A stretch of DNA of 64,000 bases from a virus (lineage: Duplodnaviria > Caudoviricetes). The stretch spans positions 113,648 through 177,647 of the IMG/VR virus record IMGVR_UViG_3300011008_000034. One strand, 5' to 3'. Position 1 is the stretch's first letter, and the number at the start of each line of letters is the position of its first letter. The notes under the pieces are model-generated. The model did no database searches, was not told the DNA's origin, and worked only from the letters and a program-made list of their open reading frames with translations. Of this stretch, positions 39,970 through 51,200 are shown one piece after another. Both the position numbers and the translations under genes were made by a program.

Positions 39970-41676
39970 TTAAAAAGAAATATCTCCAAGATAATTTTTT
40001 TTGCGAGGATCGTCATATGGTTGCCTTCCCCAATTCAATTGACTATTAGCTGGATTTCCAAAAAGATTTACATTTGCTCCACCGCTATATGTTGTACCAG
40101 AATTAACCATTCCAGTAAATCCATTTGTTAATGTGTCTATATTTTTTCCTCCAGACCATGATGTTCCTGCTTTTGTATTAGTAGAACCAGAAAATAATCC
40201 GCCTACAGCTCCACCTAATAATCCAATTCCTACACCTGTCAAAACTCCACCTAGGCCTCCTCCAAATAATCCACCGCCACCGCTATTTCCATATACAAAT
40301 CCTTGTTGATTTCTTTGTACAATTACTTGACGACATACGGTGAATTTCATATCATAAGAAATTGATTTTGTAGTAGCTTGACGAGTCCAGTTAAAAGAAT
40401 CAAAATGTCCAATAAATACTCGATCATCAAAATAAATAAAGATTTGCCGTGGACGATAGAGGTCCGTATAATGATCTTCCATATCACTCCAATTACTAGC
40501 TACACGCTGATGGTCAATAAGATTGTTTTTATTTACTGCTTGAACGCTATTAACAATTAAATTTAAATTACTGGCACTTAAATGACCTAATACATAAAAA
40601 TTACCCTGTGTAGATTTTCTTTGATATGTAGATAAATTACTTAATGGCGTGTTTGAATTATTTCCAGATAATAGATCTGATATTGCTCCAATAGCATTAT
40701 CCAAGTTAAATCCTAATTGTTGCGTATAAGGATCGCCACCTCCGCCTAATCCTCCTAATACAATTTCTGCTGCGAGATTTCCAATAGTATTTTTATCAAA
40801 TCCTTGCATTAAAGTCCCCAATGCATTTTTAGTATTATCCATATTTGTTTTAAAAGATTTTCCAGTATCTACTCCAAGATTTCCAAAACTACTACTTATA
40901 GCTCCTTGAGCAAAAGTTCCTAACATTGATGATGTAATACCACCAATTAAATTATTATTTGCTGCATTATTTGAATTACCACCAAAACAATCTCCACCTT
41001 TTAGTGATATGCCTAAACTTTTGTTGTCAAAACCAAATTTATCTTTCATGGTTCCCACAACTTTATCGTTTAAATATTTTGTAACAGATTCGCCAAATCC
41101 GCCTAAACCAATTCCACCTAACAATCCTCCAAATAATCCACTATTATCATTACTATTACTTTGAGACATATTTCCAATATTATTAGTATGTACTGTTTGT
41201 TGAGTAATTCCTTGATATTTTAATAATGCGCCGGAGTAATGATATACTTCTTCTAAAGCTTCTATTCCTTTCATATTAGATAAACCAGTTTCTCCGGTTA
41301 TTGTCATATTCCAGATGTCATCACCATAATGATGGAAATAAATTCCACCACGAGTAACAACTTTTGCTTTTAATTTTTGAGTATTTATAGATATTTTATT
41401 CGGGTTGATATACAATACTACTTCCTTTTTTTCTTTTGGTGTTAAGTAATATTCTATTGACATAGGAATGCGTTCCTTTAATGTCATATATCTATCAGAA
41501 GCTTCTTGTGCAGCACCATAATTACTTATTAAATAATTATTATAACGCTGAACATTTTGTAAGTACTGGTTTGTTGCAGCTACGTCTTTTAATGTTCCTA
41601 CGATTGTTCCAGGGATATTAATTGACTCTGAATATCCTCCCACAACGCCAGTATTTCCTGTCATATTATAATTCAA
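39970..41676 (-). CDS. Tail-tube initiator/distal-tail-like protein with Gly-rich insertions
   Basis: LYINP.KIS...TRGG...HYGDD...ITGETG and FIGHFDSFNW...ISYDMKF; lies between the tape-measure-like genes and the hub. Confidence 0.6.
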   Translation of the reverse strand: MNYNMTGNTGVVGGYSESINIPGTIVGTLKDVAATNQYLQNVQRYNNYLISNYGAAQEASDRYMTLKERIPMSIEYYLTPKEKKEVVLYINPNKISINTQKLKAKVVTRGGIYFHHYGDDIWNMTITGETGLSNMKGIEALEEVYHYSGALLKYQGITQQTVHTNNIGNMSQSNSNDNSGLFGGLLGGIGLGGFGESVTKYLNDKVVGTMKDKFGFDNKSLGISLKGGDCFGGNSNNAANNNLIGGITSSMLGTFAQGAISSSFGNLGVDTGKSFKTNMDNTKNALGTLMQGFDKNTIGNLAAEIVLGGLGGGGDPYTQQLGFNLDNAIGAISDLLSGNNSNTPLSNLSTYQRKSTQGNFYVLGHLSASNLNLIVNSVQAVNKNNLIDHQRVASNWSDMEDHYTDLYRPRQIFIYFDDRVFIGHFDSFNWTRQATTKSISYDMKFTVCRQVIVQRNQQGFVYGNSGGGGLFGGGLGGVLTGVGIGLLGGAVGGLFSGSTNTKAGTSWSGGKNIDTLTNGFTGMVNSGTTYSGGANVNLFGNPANSQLNWGRQPYDDPRKKNYLGDISF

Positions 41677-44600
41677 GCTTTTGCACCTCCTAATTCTACT
41701 CCAGTATCTTCAATCATTGAAATATCTTTCGTCCATTTATGGGTTTTTAATGTAGAATATATTTCTTGTAACATATCATCGGAAGACATTTTTTCTTTCA
41801 TAAATCCTTTTATGATAATTAATGCTATATTCTTTTTATCAGCTTCTGCCTTCTGTTTTTGAATTTCTTTTAATTCTTCTTGTTCTTTTGAAAGAAGTTG
41901 TTGATGTTCTAATATATCTTCACTTAATTTTATTGCCGATTGTTCTTCAGCTATTTGTTGATAATATGTGTTAACATTATAATTTATTTTTGAAGCCTTT
42001 GCTTTTCGTTCTTCCAAACTTTCCGGTTTTTGATTTTTATCTACAAATACTCCATCAATTAATCGTCCAGTATAAGAACTAAATGCTAATTTTTTCATTA
42101 ATGCATTTGCATCAGCCATTTCTTGTTGAAATGTTTTTGGAGGCTTTGGCGTATAACCTCCTCCTATTAAAGGAATTCCAGCAGCTACGCCTGTTATGCC
42201 ATGTTTTTGAAGTGTTTGTACTATATTTACCATACTTTTTCGATAACTTTCTTCTGTAGTAGTAAAATATCCAGCTTCTTTCATAACATGTACATATTCA
42301 GCTACATCATTTTTTGCTGCGGCCGCTAATAATCGACTTTTATATTGCGGATCATTAATTGCTATTACTTTTCTTACCCAATAATCTGCATATTGTTCAT
42401 CACTAGCAAAAATTGTATGGTCTTTACTTCTTTTTCCCCATAATCCATATCCAATATCTCCAGCTTTTAATCCACCATAATTATGATATGCTCCTCCAGC
42501 TTCATCATCTGTCCAACCAGATTCTTTTATCATTTGAGCTAATATATACTCTACTGGAATTCCAGTCCTTTGAGAAATGATTTGAGCAGTACGCAATTTT
42601 CCTAATCCTACACCTAATTTTGCTGCAGCCGTTTCAAATCCACTATTACTTTGTGTGGGAGTAGTTGGAGTTGAAGGCGGTGGGCCACCACTTCCTCCAC
42701 GAGGTTTTGTTGTAGGTTTAAAATTAGCACGACTATCATAACCAGAAGCATTGGCGTCTACATGAGCATTTCTAGAACCGGCATCTTCAATTCCAGCTGC
42801 GTAACCATGTTCTCTTAACCATTTAGCTACCCATTCCATATCATTTGCGACAATATCTACTTTCCAACCGGAATGATGAGAATATTCGCCAGGTTGATGT
42901 ACAGGACGACCATCGCTACCTATTTTTTCAGCTGCACCAGTAAGTGTAATTTTTTCCCCACCATGAGATTGCATATATGCTAAAGCTACAGCATTTGTCA
43001 TTTCTATTGCTTCAGGACGTAATTTTTCATGGTCTGTATATTTAGGGTCCCAATTCCAATTATGTTCCATAATATTTCTGTCTAATTGGGTTTTACTTAC
43101 ATCAAAATGATTTTGTGAATCTAATTGGGATTTTGCCCATGACTGAAATGCTGAAAATGTTTCTGGCGAATCTTTGGCATTTTTTGCGAGTCTTGCCATG
43201 GTTTCAGTAGCTGCATCTGCGTTAAAATCTTCAAAAGCATATTCAAAAATTAAATCATCAGAAACTTCTGTATCATCACTGTCGGCATATGAACTGGTAC
43301 TTGACATTGCTTTTGCGCGTTGCTCATATATTTGCCATTTTCCAGTTTGCATTAAATAATCTTTATAATTATTTCTTACTCTTTTTCCTAATTCACTTAA
43401 ATTTTTTTGTCCTTCTTCTTTTAATTGATATGCTTCATTTTCCCAATATTCTTTATCGTCACTACCCGCATTAGGATGATAATAATAATTTGCAATATGT
43501 GTATAAACTTGTTTATATTGAGGATTATCTTCTTGTTCTGACATATATTCAAAGAACTTTCCTAATTGGGTATTGTCATTCATCATTTCTTCTATTTTCG
43601 GATTATTTTGATTGTTTATTCCTAATCCTTGAGTATTATTTAATACAATTTGATTCATTAACTGTGCTAATGTCATATGTTCTTTAGAAAATCTATCTAA
43701 CATTTCAGACATAATTTTATTTTGAATGTCAGTCATATTTTCTACATCTATGCCATTTTCTTTTAAAAATTGTCTTAAATCTTGACCTAATTTGGTTTCA
43801 GATTTAATCAATTCTTCTATATTTTTTCCAAACATATCTGAGTTCTCAGTTAATGAATATGCCCATTGTCTTGTTCCTTCGCTTAATTTTTCTCCCATTC
43901 CTAATTTTTCTAATACCCAGTCTGCAGTTTTTGACCCAGCATAGGAACCAACCATCATGCCTGCAAATGAACCAACACCTGCTGCTGGAGCAGTTAAAAC
44001 ACCACCAGCAATACCACCAACAACAGCTCCTGTGGTTTCGAGTCCACCTCTAATAAGTACACGCATTAAACGTTCTTCATCTGAACGAATATTACCCATT
44101 TCATAGTCAGCATATTCTGATATTCCAGCTGTTGCAAAAGAAAATGCTCCTATGAATTTTGTTCCACCTTTTACTTCTTTTACTACATTAGATAATTTTG
44201 CAGCTTCTTGTGCATTCGCATTATATACAGAACGAAATTCTTGAAATGTTTTTATTTTTGTGTCTACATTATATTTAAATTGTGTTTTTAATCCTTGTTT
44301 TTTATTTGCAATGTTACTGGTAATTCTATGAGTAAATCTTCCAATTCTACTCATTTTAGGAGGTTTAGGTGGTTTTGGAGGACGTGTAAGTTTTGCATTA
44401 TGTCTTCTTATTGCTTTTGCATTTATTTTTTGTTGTGCAATATTTAGTTTCGCTTGTTTATAAGCTTGATACATTGGATTTAAAAGTTTATATGTTAATA
44501 TTCCTCCGAATAGAAGATTTCCTGCAAATGATTGAACATCTTCTATTTCTTCATTATCTTGTTCATACTCAATTAATTGTTCTCCAGGCGCCATTAATTT

Positions 44601-47600
44601 TATATGAGCATTTCCTGATTCAGACATTTTTATAACATCCTGAGAAGATTTCCCAATTTGATTACTTTGGTCAATAATTTTATCTTCTATATTTTCATTT
44701 TTAATACTTGAAGTTTCTGCGCTAGATGTCATAAATGATATAAGTCCTCCTACCGCAGCTGCACCCAGTGCTATCTTTCCACCGCCCTTTGCTAAACTTT
44801 TTATAGTATTAGCATTAAGAAGTCTTCTTGGAGCATGATTATTTCCTAAAAATTGAGATTTAATTGCACTTCTTGCTAATTGAACGCCAGCTCCTGCAAC
44901 ACCAGCAGTGGCAATTGCTCCAGCTATTGAAGTTTTAGGATTTTCTTGTGCCCATGATAATCCTTTTTGAACAAATTTGCTATCATATAAATTCATTAGA
45001 AAATCATAAATTTGCATTATAATGTCAGCAGCTGCACGTAAAAATCCTTCAATTAATTTTCCAAGCATATCATATAATGGACCGAATGCATCTTCCCATG
45101 CTTGTGCTAATTGTAATGTTGCGTCTTTTCTATCTGCTAATATTTTTTGTATTTCCGATAATTGACTTCCATTTGCTTCAATAGCAACATTTGCTCCAGC
45201 TATGGCATTTGCTAAATCTTCTTTCTTTTTTAATTCTCGATCATTTTTCCCACCTAAGAATTTTTCTAAATCTTCTATTTTTCCTTCTTTTTTCATGGAC
45301 ATAGCCATACTTACTTCTTTATCGTTATAGCCATCTTCTTTTAACATTTTACCAAAATAAGCTAATGTTAGATTTGAATCTCCAGAACCACCTAGAAAAT
45401 CTTCATACATAGAATATTTTGTTAACATAATTTTTCCCATATTACGTTGAAAATCTTCTATATTATTCCCAAATCTATCTACCGAAATACGTCCTAACAT
45501 CATGTTAGCAAACATATCTCCACCAAATCCAGCCATTCCTCCAAAGTAAGCTGTTTGAGATGCATTTTTTCCAAAATCAGCTCTAATTTGAGCAGAATGC
45601 TTTACAAATGAAGTAACATCTTCAATTAAATATCCTTTATTGGTAAAATGTGCTGTAATATCCATAGCATCTTCAGCAGACATTGATAATTCATATACTG
45701 AAGATACCATTCCACCAACTTGTTGTAGATATGCTTTTACAGGTACATTTGAAGATTTTGCATTTGCTATAGTAGTAGCAATTAATCGCGATGTTGTTTC
45801 TACATCATAATTAGAATCCTTATATAATGTTTTTATTAATGGATTAAAAGAACTATCATCTAATCCATGAGCTTCTTTTATGGCAAATAGATTAGTAGAA
45901 AATTCGAACATATCTCTTTGATTTTGATTAGGATTTTGTCCATATCGTCCACCAATACTATTTGTTAATGCACCAAAGAATTTTGCCGGCGCTTCTTTTG
46001 AAATATTCATTCCTGAAATATGATGATAATATCTTCCCATTTCAGTAAATGTGCGTCCATAAGCAGGATTAATATCTGCACCAGATTGAACTTGATTTCT
46101 TGCTACATTATATCTAATTTGTCCTAACTGTTTTTGTTGTTCAGGAACATCTTTTAATAATTTATATAATGAAAATATTCCACCAAGACCTAACATAGCA
46201 GCTACGCTATTTAAAAATCCCCAGGGACCTTTCAAATAACTGAGAATTTTATTTCCTATAGATTCATCGTTATTTGTATTTTTTGCTCGTTCAAGTTTTT
46301 GTTTTCGTTCAACTAATTCTCTATTTAATTGTTTAACATGGTCAACAACTTCAGGATTTTCTCCTAATAATTCAAATGACCGGATTAAATTCATATTAGA
46401 CAAAATTTGTTGTGTTAATTGTTCTAATGATCGGTCATAATATGCTTTATCATTTTTATCTAAATTTTTATATGATTTAATTGAAATTTGGTCAGTTAAA
46501 TTTAAAAGATTTGATGAATTTATTTCAGCAATATTCCCTACACTAGTTAAGACTGCTCCCTTTTCTGTTATATCAGCGCTTTGAGCTAAAGTTATATCTT
46601 GATTAAGCTTGTCGTTCACCAGAATTGATTCTCGTGATACTCGAGATGATACGTTAGAATAACTATTACGATTAAAAAAATTTCTCTTGAGAACATTATT
46701 AGAAGGTATATATGTATTAGTTAGTACTGGCATATTAATTTGAGCAATATGTTTATTAATTAATTGATTGTCTAAGCCATGGTCTGTTTTTGCACCTGCT
46801 ACTCGTGTTAATATTTCATTTCCTTCTATTTCTAATTGTTCTTCTAAATCATTTAATATTTTTTTAATTGCAATATTAATATTTTCTGTTTCATCACGAC
46901 TGTTATTTAATGGATCGTTATTTTCTGCATCAGCTGCGGAAATTTTATTTAATGATTTATTTTGAGATTTTAATTTTTCTAATGATGAATGAATGGATAT
47001 TAAATCACTTACAGATTTTTTATTATCATCATTGGCAATATAACTAGAAATAGCACTAAATTCGTTTTGAAGTGATTCTTTATCTAATAATGATTTTGAT
47101 TGAATTAATCTATGTAATGCATTTTGAACGTTTTCTGTATATGTTTTTAAGTATGTATAAGGGTCTATATTTTCAGACATGCCTCGCCATGATGTTTTTA
47201 ATTCAGGACTATCAAAATAAGATAAATTAATAAATCCTGTCATTAATTTAGAAAACGTATCTGTTGTTGATATAGATTTTAATGTTCCAGCTTTTGCCTG
47301 ACGTTCACGTTCAATTGTATCGATTATTTCAGCTTCAGTTTTATTTTTATTTTCTGAACGTTTTGAAGTTCTTAATTTCCGTTCTTTTTGTCGATTAGAT
47401 TCATTTTTTCTTTTTATTTCAGTAATCTTCTGTTCTATTTCTTTAGAATTATTATTTAAATTTCCAAATATAGGAGCTAAATCTCCTGAATTTAATAATT
47501 CATGTGTTTGTTTATATAGTTCATCAAATGTTGGTTTTGATGAAGGACTAACGAAATATGATAATTTTGAAAAATCTACAGAATCTAATAAATTTATCTT

Positions 47601-47786
47601 TTTTAACATCAATGTACCTTCTGATACATTTTTGTTTTTATAATTTTCCAATATAAATTTTAAGTTATTTATTGCAGCTTGTAATGTTACTAATTCTGGT
47701 ATTTTGTTTTGTTTTATTGCTTGTTTTATATTTGTTTCGTAGTTATTCAATAAATCTTGCAATTTATTTTGGAATTTTCTATCCAT
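41673..47786 (-). CDS. Tape-measure-like protein C (2037 aa) with C-terminal M15-like Zn peptidase and GH73-like glucosaminidase domains
   Basis: Helical core with Gly/Ala hydrophobic stretches; HQPGEYSHHSGWKVDI...HVD; ILAQMIKESGW...HNYGGLK...GYFT. Confidence 0.75.
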   Translation of the reverse strand: MDRKFQNKLQDLLNNYETNIKQAIKQNKIPELVTLQAAINNLKFILENYKNKNVSEGTLMLKKINLLDSVDFSKLSYFVSPSSKPTFDELYKQTHELLNSGDLAPIFGNLNNNSKEIEQKITEIKRKNESNRQKERKLRTSKRSENKNKTEAEIIDTIERERQAKAGTLKSISTTDTFSKLMTGFINLSYFDSPELKTSWRGMSENIDPYTYLKTYTENVQNALHRLIQSKSLLDKESLQNEFSAISSYIANDDNKKSVSDLISIHSSLEKLKSQNKSLNKISAADAENNDPLNNSRDETENINIAIKKILNDLEEQLEIEGNEILTRVAGAKTDHGLDNQLINKHIAQINMPVLTNTYIPSNNVLKRNFFNRNSYSNVSSRVSRESILVNDKLNQDITLAQSADITEKGAVLTSVGNIAEINSSNLLNLTDQISIKSYKNLDKNDKAYYDRSLEQLTQQILSNMNLIRSFELLGENPEVVDHVKQLNRELVERKQKLERAKNTNNDESIGNKILSYLKGPWGFLNSVAAMLGLGGIFSLYKLLKDVPEQQKQLGQIRYNVARNQVQSGADINPAYGRTFTEMGRYYHHISGMNISKEAPAKFFGALTNSIGGRYGQNPNQNQRDMFEFSTNLFAIKEAHGLDDSSFNPLIKTLYKDSNYDVETTSRLIATTIANAKSSNVPVKAYLQQVGGMVSSVYELSMSAEDAMDITAHFTNKGYLIEDVTSFVKHSAQIRADFGKNASQTAYFGGMAGFGGDMFANMMLGRISVDRFGNNIEDFQRNMGKIMLTKYSMYEDFLGGSGDSNLTLAYFGKMLKEDGYNDKEVSMAMSMKKEGKIEDLEKFLGGKNDRELKKKEDLANAIAGANVAIEANGSQLSEIQKILADRKDATLQLAQAWEDAFGPLYDMLGKLIEGFLRAAADIIMQIYDFLMNLYDSKFVQKGLSWAQENPKTSIAGAIATAGVAGAGVQLARSAIKSQFLGNNHAPRRLLNANTIKSLAKGGGKIALGAAAVGGLISFMTSSAETSSIKNENIEDKIIDQSNQIGKSSQDVIKMSESGNAHIKLMAPGEQLIEYEQDNEEIEDVQSFAGNLLFGGILTYKLLNPMYQAYKQAKLNIAQQKINAKAIRRHNAKLTRPPKPPKPPKMSRIGRFTHRITSNIANKKQGLKTQFKYNVDTKIKTFQEFRSVYNANAQEAAKLSNVVKEVKGGTKFIGAFSFATAGISEYADYEMGNIRSDEERLMRVLIRGGLETTGAVVGGIAGGVLTAPAAGVGSFAGMMVGSYAGSKTADWVLEKLGMGEKLSEGTRQWAYSLTENSDMFGKNIEELIKSETKLGQDLRQFLKENGIDVENMTDIQNKIMSEMLDRFSKEHMTLAQLMNQIVLNNTQGLGINNQNNPKIEEMMNDNTQLGKFFEYMSEQEDNPQYKQVYTHIANYYYHPNAGSDDKEYWENEAYQLKEEGQKNLSELGKRVRNNYKDYLMQTGKWQIYEQRAKAMSSTSSYADSDDTEVSDDLIFEYAFEDFNADAATETMARLAKNAKDSPETFSAFQSWAKSQLDSQNHFDVSKTQLDRNIMEHNWNWDPKYTDHEKLRPEAIEMTNAVALAYMQSHGGEKITLTGAAEKIGSDGRPVHQPGEYSHHSGWKVDIVANDMEWVAKWLREHGYAAGIEDAGSRNAHVDANASGYDSRANFKPTTKPRGGSGGPPPSTPTTPTQSNSGFETAAAKLGVGLGKLRTAQIISQRTGIPVEYILAQMIKESGWTDDEAGGAYHNYGGLKAGDIGYGLWGKRSKDHTIFASDEQYADYWVRKVIAINDPQYKSRLLAAAAKNDVAEYVHVMKEAGYFTTTEESYRKSMVNIVQTLQKHGITGVAAGIPLIGGGYTPKPPKTFQQEMADANALMKKLAFSSYTGRLIDGVFVDKNQKPESLEERKAKASKINYNVNTYYQQIAEEQSAIKLSEDILEHQQLLSKEQEELKEIQKQKAEADKKNIALIIIKGFMKEKMSSDDMLQEIYSTLKTHKWTKDISMIEDTGVELGGAKA

Positions 47787-47820
47787 TTATTCATCACCTC
47801 TTTTAAAAAAAATAAATTGA

Positions 47821-47848
47821 AAAGAGTACCACAATCCCGGTACTCTTT
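47821..47848 (-). terminator. Intrinsic terminator
   Basis: AAAGAGTACC-8nt-GGTACTCTTT followed by a T-rich run on the minus strand. Confidence 0.7.
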
Positions 47849-47851
47849 AAC

Positions 47852-48208
47852 TTATTTAATATCTGCTAATTCTTTTTCTTTATTACCACGCTCTTCATCA
47901 TATTGCATGTATAAAGAAGTAACAATGTAAGGATTAACATTATCAAATAATGCATTTTTATCGCTTTCAGATAGTGGAAAATCATCAATGGAAATCAATG
48001 CTTCTTTTAAAGTCTGGCATTGCATTCTAAAAATACGGCTAACAACATCATCAGCACTATCTTTAGATTCTTCTAATGTGCGAAGATGTTCTTTGGTATT
48101 TAACATTTTAAATACCCATTTTTTACCAAACTTCATTAAAGTAACTTCGCCACTACCAATAGATACTAAATCAGAAATAATTTTATCTGCAGCTATTTCA
48201 TTTCTCAT
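47852..48208 (-). CDS. Tail assembly chaperone-like protein, short form
   Basis: Directly upstream of a TMP-like gene; alignable with the first ~110 aa of 61090-61953. Confidence 0.6.
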   Translation of the reverse strand: MRNEIAADKIISDLVSIGSGEVTLMKFGKKWVFKMLNTKEHLRTLEESKDSADDVVSRIFRMQCQTLKEALISIDDFPLSESDKNALFDNVNPYIVTSLYMQYDEERGNKEKELADIK

Positions 48209-48277
48209 ATATCAAAGGAGCTCCTTTCTAATTTTTATAAATAAAATATTAAAATTATATATCTTTATAATAGTTTT

Positions 48278-51200
48278 TCACTTAAAATCTACATTTGACT
48301 CAATATTTACCTTATTCATATATTTTTTTGCAATCTTTTCTATTAGTTGCACAGCTTCTTTAAAATGTTTTTTAGGAATCAAATCTTCATTTTTAGTTAT
48401 TTCAGCTTTTACTTCTTTTAATTTTTGACGTTCTTCATCTATTTGTGCTTGTAAATGAGTCTTTTCGGCTTCTATAGATTCTTGTTTATCTTGACTTATT
48501 TCGGCGCTTGATTTTGTTGCCGGTTTTTTAGGTTGCACTGGTTTTTGTTGTTGTGCTAGCTTTTTAGATTGTGCAGGTTTTTGTGGTTGTGCGGTTTTTT
48601 GAGATGGTTTTTGGGAAGGAGAAAAAATTGCTTTATTATCTGGTTTTTTTACTTCTTTAGGAGTAATATCTTTTTGTTTTGGTGTTAATGATTCATATGT
48701 ATGATTCCACATTTTTGCTGCACGAGCTTTTCTTTCTTCCAAACTTTCTGGTTTTTGATTTTTATCTACAAAAACCCCATCAATTAATCGTCCTGTATAA
48801 CTACCAAGAGATAATCTTTTCATAAAAGAATTTGCATCAGACATTTCTTGTGCATGTGTTTTTGGTTTTGGAGGAGGTGCTTTTACTGGAGATTTGTTCC
48901 CCGATGTTCCACCTAAAGAAGATAAATCATATGCACCAGCTGTTTCAATACCATTTGCGTATCGATTATAAATTTCTTTTGCATGATTAATACGACGTTG
49001 ATATGATCCAGTATCTCCTGAAATTTCGAAACCTTTTTCCCAAGTAATCGTAGCATCTTCTAAAGATTGATTTTGCATTTTTTCTACTACCCATTTATAT
49101 CCTTTTTCTTTTATTTCATAATCAAGATACATCATTTGCAAATTGACATCTCGCCAATCCATTCCATGTTCAGCAGCAAATTGGTCTAATCTAGTTGCAC
49201 GACCTTTATACCATTGTGCTAAACCTTTTGCGCCAATGCTATTTATTACATCGTTTTGCCAGCCAGCAGATTCATGTTGTAAATTACCCATAATTGCGGC
49301 GGCTATTTTTGTTCCATATCTAGGAGCTAAATAATTCCATACTTGAGCCTCTACTGCTCTTGCACCAGCTCCTTTTTTATATGAACTATTTAGAGATGCT
49401 GTTAATGCTTTATTTTTTTCTTCTATACGTTCTTTGGTTTTTATAGTTAAATATTCTCTTTTTACTAATTCATAATTTTTTAATGCTAAATGTTTATAAA
49501 AATCTTTTATTTCTTGCGCGGTAGCAGTTCCTAAACTAGATGATTTATCATGACTAGTAAATGATTTAAATTGCCGTTCTAAATAATCATCTAATGTTCC
49601 TTCTTTTGCAGCTTCGTGATATGCATTTGCTTGCGTTTCCCAAAATTCATTATCTTTTTCAGTTGAATGATAATAATAATTCGCAGCTGCTTCCATTTCT
49701 TTCCGCATTTCTGCAGTATATCCATCACCTTCAGATAATCTTTGAAAAAAACTACCTTTAGTATTATCGTCATTTTCCCATTCTTGTTCTACTTCTTTTT
49801 TAGCCTGTTCTTCTATTTCTGGTGAATTTACCGTTGGATTTTCACTTAATTTTTTTGATGCTAATGCTAAAGCTTCTTGCATATTTTTATCAGCTTTTTT
49901 AAATTCTTCAAATTGGTCTAACCAATATTGTTTTTGTTTTTCATTTAAGTTTCCCCAATCAATTTTATGATTAGCTAATGACATGGTAATTATAGATGTA
50001 AATTCTCTACTACTTAATCCATATTTAGCTGCAGCATCACCAAATGCTTTAGTTTGTTCGAAATTACTTTCAGTACCAGCATCAACATCATTCATTCTCT
50101 TGTCAATACCCACTGTTTCTTTCATTTCGTCTTTTCTTTTGGGGTCAGAAGAATCAATTTTTTTATCATCTTTTTTATCTTTTTTGTTTTCTACTTTTCC
50201 TGGTTTTAAAAATCCAGCTCGTTCTGCATCTTTTTCATTATATACTCCAAGATGTTTATTTCCTGCTACATTTGCGTCTAACATTTGTTGATATGCATTG
50301 TTAATTTTAGATTTTTTTTGTGGTTGATAATTTGCTTGATATTGTGGTGGTAATGCTCGTAATCCTGGTAAATTAGATATATCATCTTGATTTTGATTTT
50401 CTTCAGGAAGTCTAAGAGCTTGAGGTAAAAGTGGCTCTTCTTTTAAATAAGAAAATTCTTCTTGATTTGCTAATTCACTTATATCTTGAGAAGAATGTTC
50501 ATCATCTTGAGACATTAGTATTCCATCTTCTAGAGATTTTCTTAATTCACTTTTTTCGGTTCCATCATCATATTCATGTTCATCATGAATTTTTTCAGCT
50601 ATTTCATGTACATTGGAATCTATTTGAGAACTTCCTTTTTTAGGTTTTGGCAAAGATGGTTGTTCGGGTACTTGTTCAGATGGATTTGCAAAAGCTACAC
50701 TTGATGCTGCGTAATATATTCCACCAGCTGCTATACTTACTAAAGCGAATTTTCCCTTACCTTTCATATTTTTTAATGATTTTAAGAATCCTAGATTTTT
50801 AGCATTTGATGCAGTTGTAGGAGAAAAGAATCCTCTAGCTTTATTCCAAAGATGTCTTAATCCTGCTAAAGTCAATCCGCCTAATCCAATGCTTGTTAAA
50901 AACATAGGAATACTAAATCCTTCTTTAGTTAGTAATGGCAATTCATGACTTTGACCTGTAATAGATCGATATGCTTTAGAAACAAAACTTTTTTCTCCAT
51001 TCATATATAAATCTAATCCAGCAATAGCTAATCCACCAATTATTATAGCAGATATAATGGGGACAAATCCCATTCCAGCCGCAGCAGCTCCACCAGCAGC
51101 GGCTGCTCCTCCAGAACTGAACAACATTCCTAATAATTTAGGCGCGATGCCTAAAGCAGACCATGCCATTTTATATAATCCATATCCTCCAGCCAATGCT

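Noticed and set aside
47852-47900. Programmed -1 frameshift at the end of the short chaperone gene
   Set aside because: No in-frame slippery heptamer seen, and a terminator follows within a few bases with no extension ORF
48518-48615. Short QKP-rich tandem repeats in TMP-like protein B
   Set aside because: An ordinary low-complexity linker near the C-terminus
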